From assembly GCA_040222015.1 (NCBI GenBank), contig JAVJWO010000138.1:1-32297 (forward strand): 32,297 nucleotides of DNA, written 5' to 3'. The first letter of the stretch is position 1, and the number at the start of each line of letters is the position of its first letter. Below are positions 18,387 through 27,946 of this stretch, piece by piece. Position numbers and translations under genes: made by a program. The notes beneath the pieces were generated by a model, which searched no databases, was not told the origin of the DNA, and worked only from the letters and a program-made list of their open reading frames with translations. The DNA comes from Coleofasciculus chthonoplastes F2-STO-03. GTDB taxonomy: Bacteria > Cyanobacteriota > Cyanobacteriia > Cyanobacteriales > Coleofasciculaceae.

Positions 18387-18686
18387 TCACCCTTTCCTCG
18401 CTTGGCGCAACCCAAACCAGTTCTCGAATGACCAAGATAGGGATGCGAGGATAGTGATACCAGGATATTTGCGAAATGCGGGTTCATTCTTCTCAAAGAA
18501 CGCATGTCCCCCTAACGCAAAGACTTGGGTGAGGATGACGCAAATCAAGGTCAACCGCCAATCATAGAATAGTAGGATAACGGCTGCGATCGCGAGTAGG
18601 TTGGTGAGGTGGTGCAGCCTCTGGTTAATGGGATGCCGATGAGAGGCGATGAAATGGGTTTTTGCTTCTTGGAAGTTGTTCAACAA
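18387..18686 (-). CDS. Mpo1-like (DUF962) small membrane protein
   Basis: SHRHPINQRLH, GGHAFFEKNEPA motifs; two hydrophobic helices; AGGAG RBS with TTG start. Confidence 0.8.
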   Translation of the reverse strand: MLNNFQEAKTHFIASHRHPINQRLHHLTNLLAIAAVILLFYDWRLTLICVILTQVFALGGHAFFEKNEPAFRKYPGITILASLSWSFENWFGLRQARKG

Positions 18687-18835
18687 TGGGACTCTCCTAC
18701 AGTGACACTCAACTCAGCCAGCTTAAAACATTTTAGTGCCGTGGCACACCTAATTGAGTGGATTAATAGTACGTCAAGAAACCCTAGGGACGCAAGGTTG
18801 AGTCCTTTACAGTTTCTGGGCGTAAACATCTTAAA

Positions 18836-20416
18836 TTATTCTTCATTTTTAATCGGAGCCGGAAGTAGAATCCCTTCGGAGCGCAAGGTATCCATAAACG
18901 TCTTCCGTAGAGTGCGCTGGATTTGAAGATGCTTTCCCGGCTTAACCTTCGTCAATGTCTTTAGCAACAAGTTAGACTCCCCTAGACTTTCCACACCCTC
19001 TACTTGTGTGGGTTCGATGACATCGGGATAATTGGCTTTTAATTCCTGTCCTACCTCCTCAACAACTTGATAAACTTGGGCTAAGTTGGCATTATAGGGT
19101 ACGCAAACTTCCACGACGGCAAATATGTATTCTTTGGAGTAGTTAATCACTGAGCCAATCGCGCCATTGCGAATAATCTGTAATTGACCATTAGGATGTC
19201 TGAGACGAGTGGTTCTCAGTTCAATCGCCTCCACAGTCCCCTCCACGACTTTCTCTTCCACGTTCCCGGCTTCAATATAATCCCCCACTAAATAGTAGTT
19301 TTCAAACAGAATAAAGAAGCCACAAACCATATCGTTAACCAGTTCCTGGGCGCCAAATCCTACCGCTAGACCAAGAATACCCGCACCGGCTAGGATGGGA
19401 GTTGGATCAATATCCATAGTATACAGAATAGAAACCCCAACGGCGAAATAAATTGAGTATTGCAATATACTGCGAAACAGGGGAACTAGCGTTAAGCGTC
19501 TGCTTTGTTGCCTTTCGGTCAATTTTTTCTCTTTAAAGACTAATTCTTCAGCCAGTAAATAAACCACATCATAAAATACCCGGCTCAAGAAAATCAGGGT
19601 AATAATTTTGATAACTCGCAGCCAAAAATCGGACAGGTTGGCGATGACTTCAATCTGCTGAGTTACCAGTGTAGCGATGCAGGCGTAGAGAACCAATTCC
19701 AAACACCGCTTCAAAAAAGGGATCAGGTGGCGTAGGCGATCGTAAAATCTTAATAGGTTATCCGGGCTAGAGTATCTGACGCTGAGAGCATCTAGGATAT
19801 CCACGATCGCGGCTGCCGCTTTAATAATAAGTAATCCAACCGCGATGATTAAATAGATGCGTAGGGCGACAAAAATATAGTCAGAAATTATGGCGGGTAA
19901 ATTCAAAAACAGACTACAGCAACCGATGATCCACAGCCAACTTCCCCATTTTATTCTTTTATAAAGTTCGGCAAAAAAAGTATCAATACTTTCATCATCT
20001 GCGGTGCTGCTGTCTAGGTTTTTGGCGCGAGTGTTAGCTAGTTTGAGGCAGTATTGGATCAAGGCTAGAACGATCGCCGCTAAAATGACCGTACCAATAC
20101 TTTGTGCAATGCCAACTGCCAGTTTTAGCCAAAATCCGGGTGGAATAAGCCGAATCAAGTCTAGTGTATATTTTTGTATGTCTTTCCCTTGATAGATCAG
20201 GAAACCATTAACACCGACAATCGCAAGGCATAGCACAAAGCCAGTCAGGAGCAACAATCCGGTGATGTTCCGACGCATCATTTTGACTCGTTGCGCCTCA
20301 ATGTGAAAGAGTTGGTATTTAATTAAGAGTGTTGACGACTTACCCACAAGCCAAATCAAACCCAAGAAAATGATAATTACGAGGCTAACTTCAGCAAAAA
20401 TGATTAATGTAGTCAT
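18836..20416 (-). CDS. MscS-family mechanosensitive channel with extended N-terminal TM region
   Basis: ILAGAGILGLAVGFGAQELVNDMVCGFFILFE, VGDYI, GTVEAIELRTT, IIRNG..INYS. Confidence 0.92.
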   Translation of the reverse strand: MTTLIIFAEVSLVIIIFLGLIWLVGKSSTLLIKYQLFHIEAQRVKMMRRNITGLLLLTGFVLCLAIVGVNGFLIYQGKDIQKYTLDLIRLIPPGFWLKLAVGIAQSIGTVILAAIVLALIQYCLKLANTRAKNLDSSTADDESIDTFFAELYKRIKWGSWLWIIGCCSLFLNLPAIISDYIFVALRIYLIIAVGLLIIKAAAAIVDILDALSVRYSSPDNLLRFYDRLRHLIPFLKRCLELVLYACIATLVTQQIEVIANLSDFWLRVIKIITLIFLSRVFYDVVYLLAEELVFKEKKLTERQQSRRLTLVPLFRSILQYSIYFAVGVSILYTMDIDPTPILAGAGILGLAVGFGAQELVNDMVCGFFILFENYYLVGDYIEAGNVEEKVVEGTVEAIELRTTRLRHPNGQLQIIRNGAIGSVINYSKEYIFAVVEVCVPYNANLAQVYQVVEEVGQELKANYPDVIEPTQVEGVESLGESNLLLKTLTKVKPGKHLQIQRTLRKTFMDTLRSEGILLPAPIKNEE

Positions 20417-20426
20417 CAGGAATCGT

Positions 20427-20453
20427 TATTGGTCATTGGTCATTGGTCATTTG
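20427..20453. repeat. Short heptamer repeat (TCATTGG-type, ~4 units) just upstream of the mscS start
   Basis: TTATTGGTCATTGGTCATTGGTCATTTG. Confidence 0.7.
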
Positions 20454-20617
20454 TAAAGCTTTAAGGTCTATTCACATAACTTAATATAGTTGAGTTTATT
20501 TCCACCAACTTACTTACCCCCTGCTGGAGCCAGAGCAGTTATGTTTTCTTGGTAAATCCAATCTACAAACATTAGACCATAAAACCTGTGCTTAATGCAT
20601 AATAATTTATTATGTCC

Positions 20618-21454
20618 CTAAGTTTTGGAGAGCTTCCAGTCTAGTGGGTCTAATTTATAATAGTATTTCAATTGCCGATAAATCGCGGTATGTTTCCTCG
20701 CCATTTGTTCAGGTTTTTCAAAGAATGTCTCTGTCGCTACAGCAAAAAATTCAGCCGGATCAGTCGCACCGTATTTATTCATCACTGTTTTTCTCCCGCG
20801 TTGAGCATCACGTTGTAATTGCTGATACTCTTGTGTAAATATCTGCGCCCACGTCCGATAATCAGCCTTAGAATCCAGCTTCGGTACACCATTAATTATC
20901 CCATCAGTTTGATCTAGTTGATGGGCAAATTCATGGAGAACCACATTATGTCCATCCTGCCAATTATGGATATCATATTCGATTTGCTGCCAGGATAGGA
21001 CAAGTTGATCTCGTGTCCAAGATTCCCCCAGTCTCACTTCATCTCTTTCTTCTACAATATAATCACTGATTCGCTTGGTTGGTTTGACCCGATAGGCGCT
21101 GGGATACACCAAAATTGAAACTAAATTGGGGTAATAGTCACCGCTATCATTCAGTAACAGCAGACAAGCTTGAGCAGCAATCGTCAGTTTTATTTCTTCA
21201 GTAATCTGTAATCCTCTACAGCCAATAAACTGTTTTTCAGCTAAAAAAACAGCCATGTAACCCTGGAGGTTTCGTTGTTGGGATTGAGGTAGACGGTAAT
21301 AAAATGGCAAAGTTTGCTCTATAAATGTTTGCCAACGCCGAGGAAAAGCTTTATTTCGGATACGGTTCCGTCGCCATTTAGTCAGAAGTGGACTCAAGAG
21401 AACCCCAGCGCAAATCCCAACAATAATTACTAAAACAATAATGGCTTCAACCAT
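20618..21454 (-). CDS. MtfA-like zinc peptidase (M90 family)
   Basis: FLAEKQFIGC, IAAQACLL, ILVYPS, LGESW, DGHNVVLHEFAHQLD (HExxH), YGATDPAEFFAVATETFFE; N-terminal TM helix. Confidence 0.9.
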   Translation of the reverse strand: MVEAIIVLVIIVGICAGVLLSPLLTKWRRNRIRNKAFPRRWQTFIEQTLPFYYRLPQSQQRNLQGYMAVFLAEKQFIGCRGLQITEEIKLTIAAQACLLLLNDSGDYYPNLVSILVYPSAYRVKPTKRISDYIVEERDEVRLGESWTRDQLVLSWQQIEYDIHNWQDGHNVVLHEFAHQLDQTDGIINGVPKLDSKADYRTWAQIFTQEYQQLQRDAQRGRKTVMNKYGATDPAEFFAVATETFFEKPEQMARKHTAIYRQLKYYYKLDPLDWKLSKT

Positions 21455-21545
21455 ATAATTTAGACCGATAAGGTTCTATCGATATCTAATAACTAACTGG
21501 AATAAACCCGCCCTTCTAGGGGAGCAAGAGGCGAGGTTAACTAGA

Positions 21546-21908
21546 TTACTGAGACTCAAGGAAATCATAGAGAATTTCATCGGGTTCGTCATCGATGTCT
21601 TTCCAATCCTTAGATACCTCAGATGCGATCGCGGATTGTGCGGATTGTTGGGTTGGGGTATTATTAGCCTTTACCTGACTCAGCGCCGCTACGTGTTGGC
21701 TGAGGCGGTCTACTTTTTCGGCGAGGGTATCCAGTTGTTCAACGGTAGCATAGCGTTTGGCTTCTTCGCCTAGCTGGAAAAATTGAGTCAAGATTTCCAC
21801 AATCGCCGAGTCAAGGGAGTCAATTTGGTTTTTCTGTTGGTAGGTTATCAAAGATTGGTAGAGGGAATCGGAAATAGAAACACTAGGAAGCTTTTTGTTA
21901 GAATTCAT
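21546..21908 (-). CDS. Hypothetical protein (possible ribbon-helix-helix N-terminus, coiled coil, acidic tail)
   Basis: SVSISDSLYQSL..SLDSAIVEILTQFF pattern; DDEPDEILYDFLE tail. Confidence 0.6.
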   Translation of the reverse strand: MNSNKKLPSVSISDSLYQSLITYQQKNQIDSLDSAIVEILTQFFQLGEEAKRYATVEQLDTLAEKVDRLSQHVAALSQVKANNTPTQQSAQSAIASEVSKDWKDIDDEPDEILYDFLESQ

Positions 21909-21960
21909 AACTTTTGCCCTTCAAACTAGAGTACAATGAGGTAATACAGCTAATTTACTC

Positions 21961-22710
21961 GTGAAAACTATCATTATATCGGGACTGGTGTTAGCCTTCG
22001 CGATCGCCTGTCATTCTCCATCTCCCTCTGAGCCTAAAGCTTCCGTCAGTACAGCTCAAAGCAGTACGGACAAATTAGCGTCGAACCTTAGCCAAACGAC
22101 TTCTGGTTCTGAACCCTCAATCGTTGACGATAACCCAACCGTTGGTAGAGTCAAAAGTATGGTTAATGGTGACCTAATGTGTTACGTTACCCTGGTTGAT
22201 GAAAATAATAGTGAACATGAAATCGGTGCAACGTTTGAGATCTGTGCCAATTCTAACCTATTTCTCAATCAAAAAGTACGCCTTGTTTATGAGAGAATTC
22301 CCGTTAATGATTGCCAAAGTATTGAACCATGTGGTAAGACCCGAATAGAGTCTCTGATTACTAAAATGGAGACGGTTAGAGACGGAAACTCACAAACATT
22401 AAGTAATGGTGAGTGGACAATCACGATTGGTAATCGAGATTCTTGGTCAGGAGTGAATGGAACCGGAAATCTGAGCTATCGGGGATGTGATTCCCAAGGT
22501 AACTGTATTGATTTAACAGGCGGTAAAGTGACCTGTCGCGATGGACTCTGTACAATCGGGTGGAAAAATGGAGATTATTTTTATGTAATTGAACAACCAA
22601 TCGATAATCCAGATAGCCCTGAAGTATCAGATAATTCAACAAGACTTATTGTCCGTAAAGGTGCTGAGGTAATCCTAGAAACGACAGGATTTCAAATTGT
22701 CTCTCCTTAG
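21961..22710 (+). CDS. Cys-rich putative lipoprotein
   Basis: MKTIII..FAIAC lipobox-like signal, Ser/Pro linker, two domains with 4 Cys each. Confidence 0.75.
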   Translation: MKTIIISGLVLAFAIACHSPSPSEPKASVSTAQSSTDKLASNLSQTTSGSEPSIVDDNPTVGRVKSMVNGDLMCYVTLVDENNSEHEIGATFEICANSNLFLNQKVRLVYERIPVNDCQSIEPCGKTRIESLITKMETVRDGNSQTLSNGEWTITIGNRDSWSGVNGTGNLSYRGCDSQGNCIDLTGGKVTCRDGLCTIGWKNGDYFYVIEQPIDNPDSPEVSDNSTRLIVRKGAEVILETTGFQIVSP

Positions 22711-22737
22711 TCTTTGCCATAATCCGAATTATCTCCA

Positions 22738-23187
22738 TTACTCTTTAAATTCTGTACCTTTTAAACGTCCCTGCCTAACTTCAGCGTCCGAACTATCTGC
22801 ATAAATACTCGTCGTAATCACCCGATTCGTGACCTCCTCTAAATAGGAACGCAGTGTCTCATCGAGTTCCTGAAATTCGGGCCACAGGGTTTCATTCACA
22901 AAGCTAATGGGAACACGAGCCATTACTGTGGTATATTTTTGTCGATAATAGCGATAGGGTTCAATCCCGTAACGACGTAATAACGCTAAAAATAGCTTCT
23001 TTGACCACATATCCGTCAATGTGAATTTGTATTCCACCGGCGGATCAAGCTTTTGCACATCGGTGAGCTTTTCGCGGATACGTTCTAGGGCGTTCGCCGC
23101 CGCCACTTTTTCTCCCGTTGTAGTTGCACCTGCAAATAAGGATTCAATGCGTTGTAGTTTTTCAATCAGCTTTTGTTCTTCTGTCAA
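22738..23187 (-). CDS. Hypothetical protein with DUF2786-like N-terminal helix pair
   Basis: LIEKLQRIESLFAGATTTGEKVAAANALERI; RRYGIEPYRYYRQKYTTVM. Confidence 0.65.
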   Translation of the reverse strand: MTEEQKLIEKLQRIESLFAGATTTGEKVAAANALERIREKLTDVQKLDPPVEYKFTLTDMWSKKLFLALLRRYGIEPYRYYRQKYTTVMARVPISFVNETLWPEFQELDETLRSYLEEVTNRVITTSIYADSSDAEVRQGRLKGTEFKE

Positions 23188-23264
23188 GATGATTCACTCT
23201 CGGCTTCAATTCAAATTGACCACCGATAATATATCATGCTGCGAGAATAGTGTAACGTAGTAAC

Positions 23265-23333
23265 GTAGGGTGGGTTAGGCGGCATCTAAATCGAAGCGAT
23301 AATTATTTAATGGAGTATCCGCCGTAACCCACC
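23265..23333. repeat. GTAG-type dispersed element GTAGGGTGGGTTAGGCGG-N-CCGCCGTAACCCACC
   Basis: Terminal inverted repeats; inverted relative at 32220-32288. Confidence 0.8.
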
Positions 23334-23389
23334 GATGTTAACGGAAAAATATATTATTGAATCAATATTTCAGGGTATTAGCGTTACTT

Positions 23390-23418
23390 GTAAGGGCACG
23401 GCATTGCCGTGCCCCTAC
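23390..23418. repeat. REP-like palindrome downstream of the MBL-rhodanese gene
   Basis: GTAAGGGCACGGCATTGCCGTGCCCCTAC. Confidence 0.75.
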
Positions 23419-23439
23419 GGAATTTACCGACTCTTAATT

Positions 23440-24834
23440 TTATGCGGGTTGTTGCACGGGTAAATCGGCACTCTTCCAAGCACTCCATGAACCGGGAATA
23501 TTGATGACATTCTCAAACCCATGCTTTTGCAGCAAACTGGCAGCAATAGATGCCCGATATCCACTCCCACAGTAGGTAGCTACGGTTTTACTTTTATCTA
23601 ACTTATCCAGTTTTTCTTCGAGATGGGGGACATAAATATGTTCAGCGCCAGGGATGCAGCCACTGTGAAATTCTTTGTCAGTTCGCACATCTAACACCGT
23701 CAGCTTTGAGTCTTCCTTGTGCTGATTCAACTCATGCACCGTCCACTCACCCAAGTGCTGCAAGGGTAGTCCAGCATTCTGCCAACTTTTCATCCCATCA
23801 TGGAGATATCCGGCTAAGTTATCGTAACCCACGCGGAATAATTGTTCGGTGACGAGTGATAAATCCCGCGCACTATCTACGACTAATAACAGCGTTTTTT
23901 CGGGTGGAATCATCCAACCCATCCAGGTAGGAAAGGCAGATTGCAGGGCAATGTTAATCGCACCCGGAATATGTCCGCCGCCAAATGCTAGCATTGAACG
24001 GGTATCGATGACAATGGTATTTTCATCTGCCATCTTCTGTTGGAATTCTTGAGGGGATAAGGGTTGCAAGGTGGGTAAGCCCCCTTTAATTGGTGCGCCT
24101 TTCGCGTTCACTTTCTTTAAGCGGGAGTAGTGAGTGGGGGGTTCTGGCATATCGCTCAAAATCCACTCGACAAATTCGGCTTCGGTTCGCTGTTTATAGG
24201 CGTCACTAAAAATCCGTTCATTGCCGATTGTACTCTGTCGGCGATCGCCTATGGATTTACCGCAGGCTGAACCCGCACCGTGACAGGGATAGACTTCGAC
24301 GCGATCGCCTAATGGGACTAATTTGTCGAATAATGAGTGATACAGGTGCGCCGCCTGTTTTTTCTCGGTTCCTGTACCGACTAAATCGGGACGCCCCACG
24401 TCCAAATTAAACAGCGTGTCTCCTGTGAGTACGCCAAAGGGTTCTTTTCCCTGTTGAGCATCATGAATTAATACACAGATATGTTCTGGCGTATGTCCCG
24501 GCGTATGCAGGGTGCGGAGGGTAACTGTACCCAGTTGTAATTCGTCTCCTTCACTGAGTTGCTGTATCTGGAACTGATAATCCTCACTCTTTCCGCCGTA
24601 AATTGTTGCACCAGTACGGGCTTGAAGTTCCGATGCGCCGGATACAAAGTCGGCGTGGATATGGGTTTCCAGAATATGGGTAATTCTCACACCCCGCGAT
24701 CGCGCGATTTGCAAATAGATATCGACGTCACGACGCGGATCGATAACGGCGGCTACACCCGCTTTATCATCCCCGACTATATAGGATAGCTGTGCCAATC
24801 CTTCGGTGTTAATTTGTTCTAAAACTAATGCCAT
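23440..24834 (-). CDS. MBL-fold persulfide dioxygenase-like domain fused to two rhodanese domains
   Basis: ETHIHADFVSG, HTPGHTPEH, TGDTLF..VGRPDL, PCHGAGSACGK, GHIPGAINI, YCGSGYRAS; GGAG RBS before ATG 24834. Confidence 0.9.
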   Translation of the reverse strand: MALVLEQINTEGLAQLSYIVGDDKAGVAAVIDPRRDVDIYLQIARSRGVRITHILETHIHADFVSGASELQARTGATIYGGKSEDYQFQIQQLSEGDELQLGTVTLRTLHTPGHTPEHICVLIHDAQQGKEPFGVLTGDTLFNLDVGRPDLVGTGTEKKQAAHLYHSLFDKLVPLGDRVEVYPCHGAGSACGKSIGDRRQSTIGNERIFSDAYKQRTEAEFVEWILSDMPEPPTHYSRLKKVNAKGAPIKGGLPTLQPLSPQEFQQKMADENTIVIDTRSMLAFGGGHIPGAINIALQSAFPTWMGWMIPPEKTLLLVVDSARDLSLVTEQLFRVGYDNLAGYLHDGMKSWQNAGLPLQHLGEWTVHELNQHKEDSKLTVLDVRTDKEFHSGCIPGAEHIYVPHLEEKLDKLDKSKTVATYCGSGYRASIAASLLQKHGFENVINIPGSWSAWKSADLPVQQPA

Positions 24835-24855
24835 GATTCTTGCTCCGGTCAAATA

Positions 24856-25308
24856 TTAACTCGCTGAGGAATGCTGTGAAATATAATTTTTGAAGAATTC
24901 TTTCATTTGAGGGGATTTCTCACAATCAAAACCCATGCTTTTCCCTTTGTCCATGGCTTGTTCTGCGGTCATTCCTTCGCGAGTTGCCACATACATTAAT
25001 GCCATCATCCCCGAACGTAACCCACTCTTGCAGTGAATTACGGCTGGCTTGGGCAGTTCCTCGATCTGTTGGAGAACTTGGCTTGCCAGTTCCTCAGTTA
25101 GGGCATCGGGTTTAACGGGGATATTGACATACTGCAATCCGGCGGCTTCGGCTTGCTGCTGTTCATCGCTAGCGAACCCCTCTTCGGAGGGCGATCGCAG
25201 ATTCAATACCGATTTTACCCCCGCTTGAGCCGCTTGTTGCAGTTGTTCCGGCGTCACCTGATTGGTGGCTACGGTTAAGTTATCGTTAATCTTTTTGGCG
25301 TTTTCCAT
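24856..25308 (-). CDS. DUF442/Blh-N-type sulfur transferase (PTP-like fold)
   Basis: GVKSVLNLRSPSE, AGLQYVNIPV, IHCKSGLRS (CxxGxR); AAGGAG RBS. Confidence 0.85.
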   Translation of the reverse strand: MENAKKINDNLTVATNQVTPEQLQQAAQAGVKSVLNLRSPSEEGFASDEQQQAEAAGLQYVNIPVKPDALTEELASQVLQQIEELPKPAVIHCKSGLRSGMMALMYVATREGMTAEQAMDKGKSMGFDCEKSPQMKEFFKNYISQHSSAS

Positions 25309-25896
25309 GAACGTCTAACTCCTTGTTAAAATGCTGATAGTCTAATTGAAGTGGGTATAAACAAACACATTGACTCAGGTTGGATATTCCCAAAGAAATT
25401 CTCGATAAAATTTGCAGAAATTTTATCCTTCCTAGGTGTCCACATTCAATGTCACATTAGACACCCCAATTTATTCTGAGGTCGGCTATTTATAGTCCAT
25501 TCATAGTCTTGGCTGAAAATTGGCATAATTCATCTAACCTGAGAAGGATATTTATTTCTACCTAAAGATAGTTGTTATGTGGAGAAAATGCTGATTATTT
25601 AAGGTTTAAATGTTTAGAAACTTGGCTCTATAGTCTTGAGTTCACTGTAACGTCAGCCGCAGGTTAACTCCCTGATGAGGGTAACGGAATTGAGCTAACG
25701 TAGTTATTCACTTGTTTATTTTATTTACACAGAATTTAATGTAGAAATCTTATTAAAGTGTTAGCCTGAAAAGAGAGGGTGTTTGAATCAACGCCAAACC
25801 CAAATTTGAAGCGTGGCGGATATGTTCATTTAAGCAATGACACCATAGAAACAGAACTTGTCAAATACCCTCTGAGCAGACTCAAGAGGACGAAAA

Positions 25897-26526
25897 ATGA
25901 ATATCAACCTACCCAATAAAGCCGTTATTGGAGCAGTAGTGATTGCGGGTTCAACCCTGTTGGCACTCGGAACCAGTCCCTTGTGGGGCGAAAAACCAAC
26001 AGAGGCATCGACTCTACTATCGAATGGTAATGCTGGAATCACAGCGAACACCAATCAAGAGCTTGCCCAATCGCCTCCCGATACACCTAGAGGTCGAGGA
26101 CGCTGGGGACATGGACATGGACATGGACACTCAGGTCGAGGACGTTGGGGACATGGACGAGGGCGACAGGGACACCGAGGTTTGGGCAACCGAATGTATA
26201 ACCCAGATAGCGTGGAAACTATCACGGGTGAAGTAGTTAGTGTAGACCGATTCACCTCCAATCGCGGACGGTCTCAGGGTATGCGTATGCAGATGAGAAC
26301 GGGTAATGAAACCGTTTCTGTCCATTTAGGTCCAGCTTGGTATTGGCAAAACCAAGGGATGACCATTGAACCAAATGACCGAATTCAGGTTCAAGGTTCC
26401 CGAGTCAATATGGCAGGAAACCCCGCCATGATTGCGGCTCAAGTCCAAAAAGGAAACCAAGTCCTGAGGTTAAGGAATGAAAATGGGGTTCCGGTTTGGA
26501 GTCGGAGACAATTTCCCCAGAATTAA
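25897..26526 (+). CDS. Exported protein with Gly/His/Arg low-complexity linker and C-terminal OB-fold-like (MamS/MamX-like) domain
   Basis: Signal/TM segment; GRGRWGHGHGHGHSGRGRWGHG; YNPDSVETITGEV..VHLGPAWY..IQVQGSRV..LRNENGVPVW; GAGGA RBS. Confidence 0.75.
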   Translation: MNINLPNKAVIGAVVIAGSTLLALGTSPLWGEKPTEASTLLSNGNAGITANTNQELAQSPPDTPRGRGRWGHGHGHGHSGRGRWGHGRGRQGHRGLGNRMYNPDSVETITGEVVSVDRFTSNRGRSQGMRMQMRTGNETVSVHLGPAWYWQNQGMTIEPNDRIQVQGSRVNMAGNPAMIAAQVQKGNQVLRLRNENGVPVWSRRQFPQN

Positions 26527-26550
26527 TGCCGAGTTGCATTAATGAAAGTC

Positions 26551-26609
26551 GGGGCGGGTTTAGTCGCATCTGGGTAAACCAGAATCTATAGTTGTCAAAC
26601 CCGCCCCTA
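26551..26609. repeat. GGGGCGGGTTT-N-AAACCCGCCCC element between convergent genes
   Basis: 11-bp perfect terminal inverted repeat; same family as 12972-13041. Confidence 0.8.
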
Positions 26610-26640
26610 AATGGGCGCTATGATGTTCTGCGATTTGGCA

Positions 26641-27702
26641 TCAGTGTTTGTGTTGATTCCTCAGGGCTTTAGTGATTTTTTTCCACTTTTCCTTCTCGGC
26701 TAAGGAGGCTTTTTGGTCTTGTTTCCTGGCTAAATAGTGAAGTTCTTTTTGCAGTTTTTGATAATTCAGGAAACGCTGATCATCAAGGGTGCCATTTTCC
26801 CAGGCTTGTTGCACAGCACAACCGGGTTCGTCTTGGTGTTTACAATTGCGAAAACGACAGTGCTGGGCTAAGGTGTCGATATCGGTAAAGGTATCGGCTA
26901 AACTTTCCTCGTCTGCCCAGATCTGAAGTTCCCGCATCCCTGGAGTATCGATCAGCAAACCTCCTGAAGGCAGGGGAATCAATTGGCGATGGGTGGTGGT
27001 ATGTCGCCCTTTACAATCGCCCGAACGGACTTCTCCAACCGCTTGCACGACTTGACCGATTAACTGGTTCACCAAAGTCGATTTGCCGACGCCTGAGGAA
27101 CCTAGTAAAGCAACAGTTTGTCCGGGTTTTAGGTAAGGTTTTAGGGCTTCTAATCCCTGATTTTTGACCGCACTTAATATAATCACAGGTACACCAAAAG
27201 CGATTGCTTCAACAGCATCTCGCTTTTCAGCAATATCCTCGCCTAAATCCGCTTTATTGAGGACAATTACAGGATTCGCGCCGCTTTCCCACACCAGAAG
27301 CAGGTAGCGTTCAATGCGCCGCAGATTAAAATCCTCATCCAAACCAGAGACCAAACATATCGTATCGATATTCGTGGCAATAATTTGGACGTCGGTTTTT
27401 GCGCCAACGGTTTTCCTCGAAAATTGACTTTTCCGGGGTAAAATGCCATGAATTATCGCCTGTTTACCTTCATTGGTGAGGCGAATCACCACCCAATCTC
27501 CTACAGCCGGAAAGTCCTGGCGTCCAGTTGCTTGGTAGCGCAGTTTGCCGATAACCTTTGCTGAGAGTTCGCCTTGTTCGGTGTAGAGACGATAAGTATT
27601 TTTGTACTCTAGGGCAACTCGACCAATGGTGTAGCCTTCTTGCCATTGGGGATTGAGGCTGTTGGCAAAAAATTTACTCCAGCCTAATGAGTCTAAATTC
27701 AT
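26641..27702 (-). CDS. rsgA: Ribosome small subunit-dependent GTPase A
   Basis: PAVGDWV OB fold, [40 protein letters not shown] zinc finger; GAGGA RBS before ATG 27702. Confidence 0.95.
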   Translation of the reverse strand: MNLDSLGWSKFFANSLNPQWQEGYTIGRVALEYKNTYRLYTEQGELSAKVIGKLRYQATGRQDFPAVGDWVVIRLTNEGKQAIIHGILPRKSQFSRKTVGAKTDVQIIATNIDTICLVSGLDEDFNLRRIERYLLLVWESGANPVIVLNKADLGEDIAEKRDAVEAIAFGVPVIILSAVKNQGLEALKPYLKPGQTVALLGSSGVGKSTLVNQLIGQVVQAVGEVRSGDCKGRHTTTHRQLIPLPSGGLLIDTPGMRELQIWADEESLADTFTDIDTLAQHCRFRNCKHQDEPGCAVQQAWENGTLDDQRFLNYQKLQKELHYLARKQDQKASLAEKEKWKKITKALRNQHKH

Positions 27703-27763
27703 TGATTTCCTCAGTGTCTGTTGCTTGATTTGAGCAAGGCGCACAGAGGACTTTTGACGTTCG

Positions 27764-27853
27764 TTAGCCTGAGATACGACGCGATCGCGTCAAACCCTCT
27801 GTGGTTGCCTTGAGTTGTGTGATGGGGGTGGAAATGGTTACAAGCTCAGACAT
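27764..27853 (-). CDS. Putative 29-aa leader peptide of rsgA ([29 protein letters not shown])
   Basis: AGAAGGA RBS 7 nt before ATG; TATAAT at 27895-27900; ORF overlaps a long hairpin. Confidence 0.55.
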   Translation of the reverse strand: MSELVTISTPITQLKATTEGLTRSRRISG

Positions 27854-27946
27854 AGAGTTATCCTTCTGGGTATTTCCCGACTACAGATTTATGTATTATA
27901 CTACAAAAAAACTACAGTCATCTCAGATTTTGCCGTTATTTATACT

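Noticed and set aside
18777..18817. c-di-GMP-I riboswitch-like GGGACGCAAGG string
   Set aside because: On the strand opposite to the flanking genes and lacks the GAAA-tetraloop P2 and P3 architecture
25660..25700. Hammerhead-like CTGATGAG core
   Set aside because: No proper stem II-GAAA or stem III/cleavage triplet; only a simple hairpin
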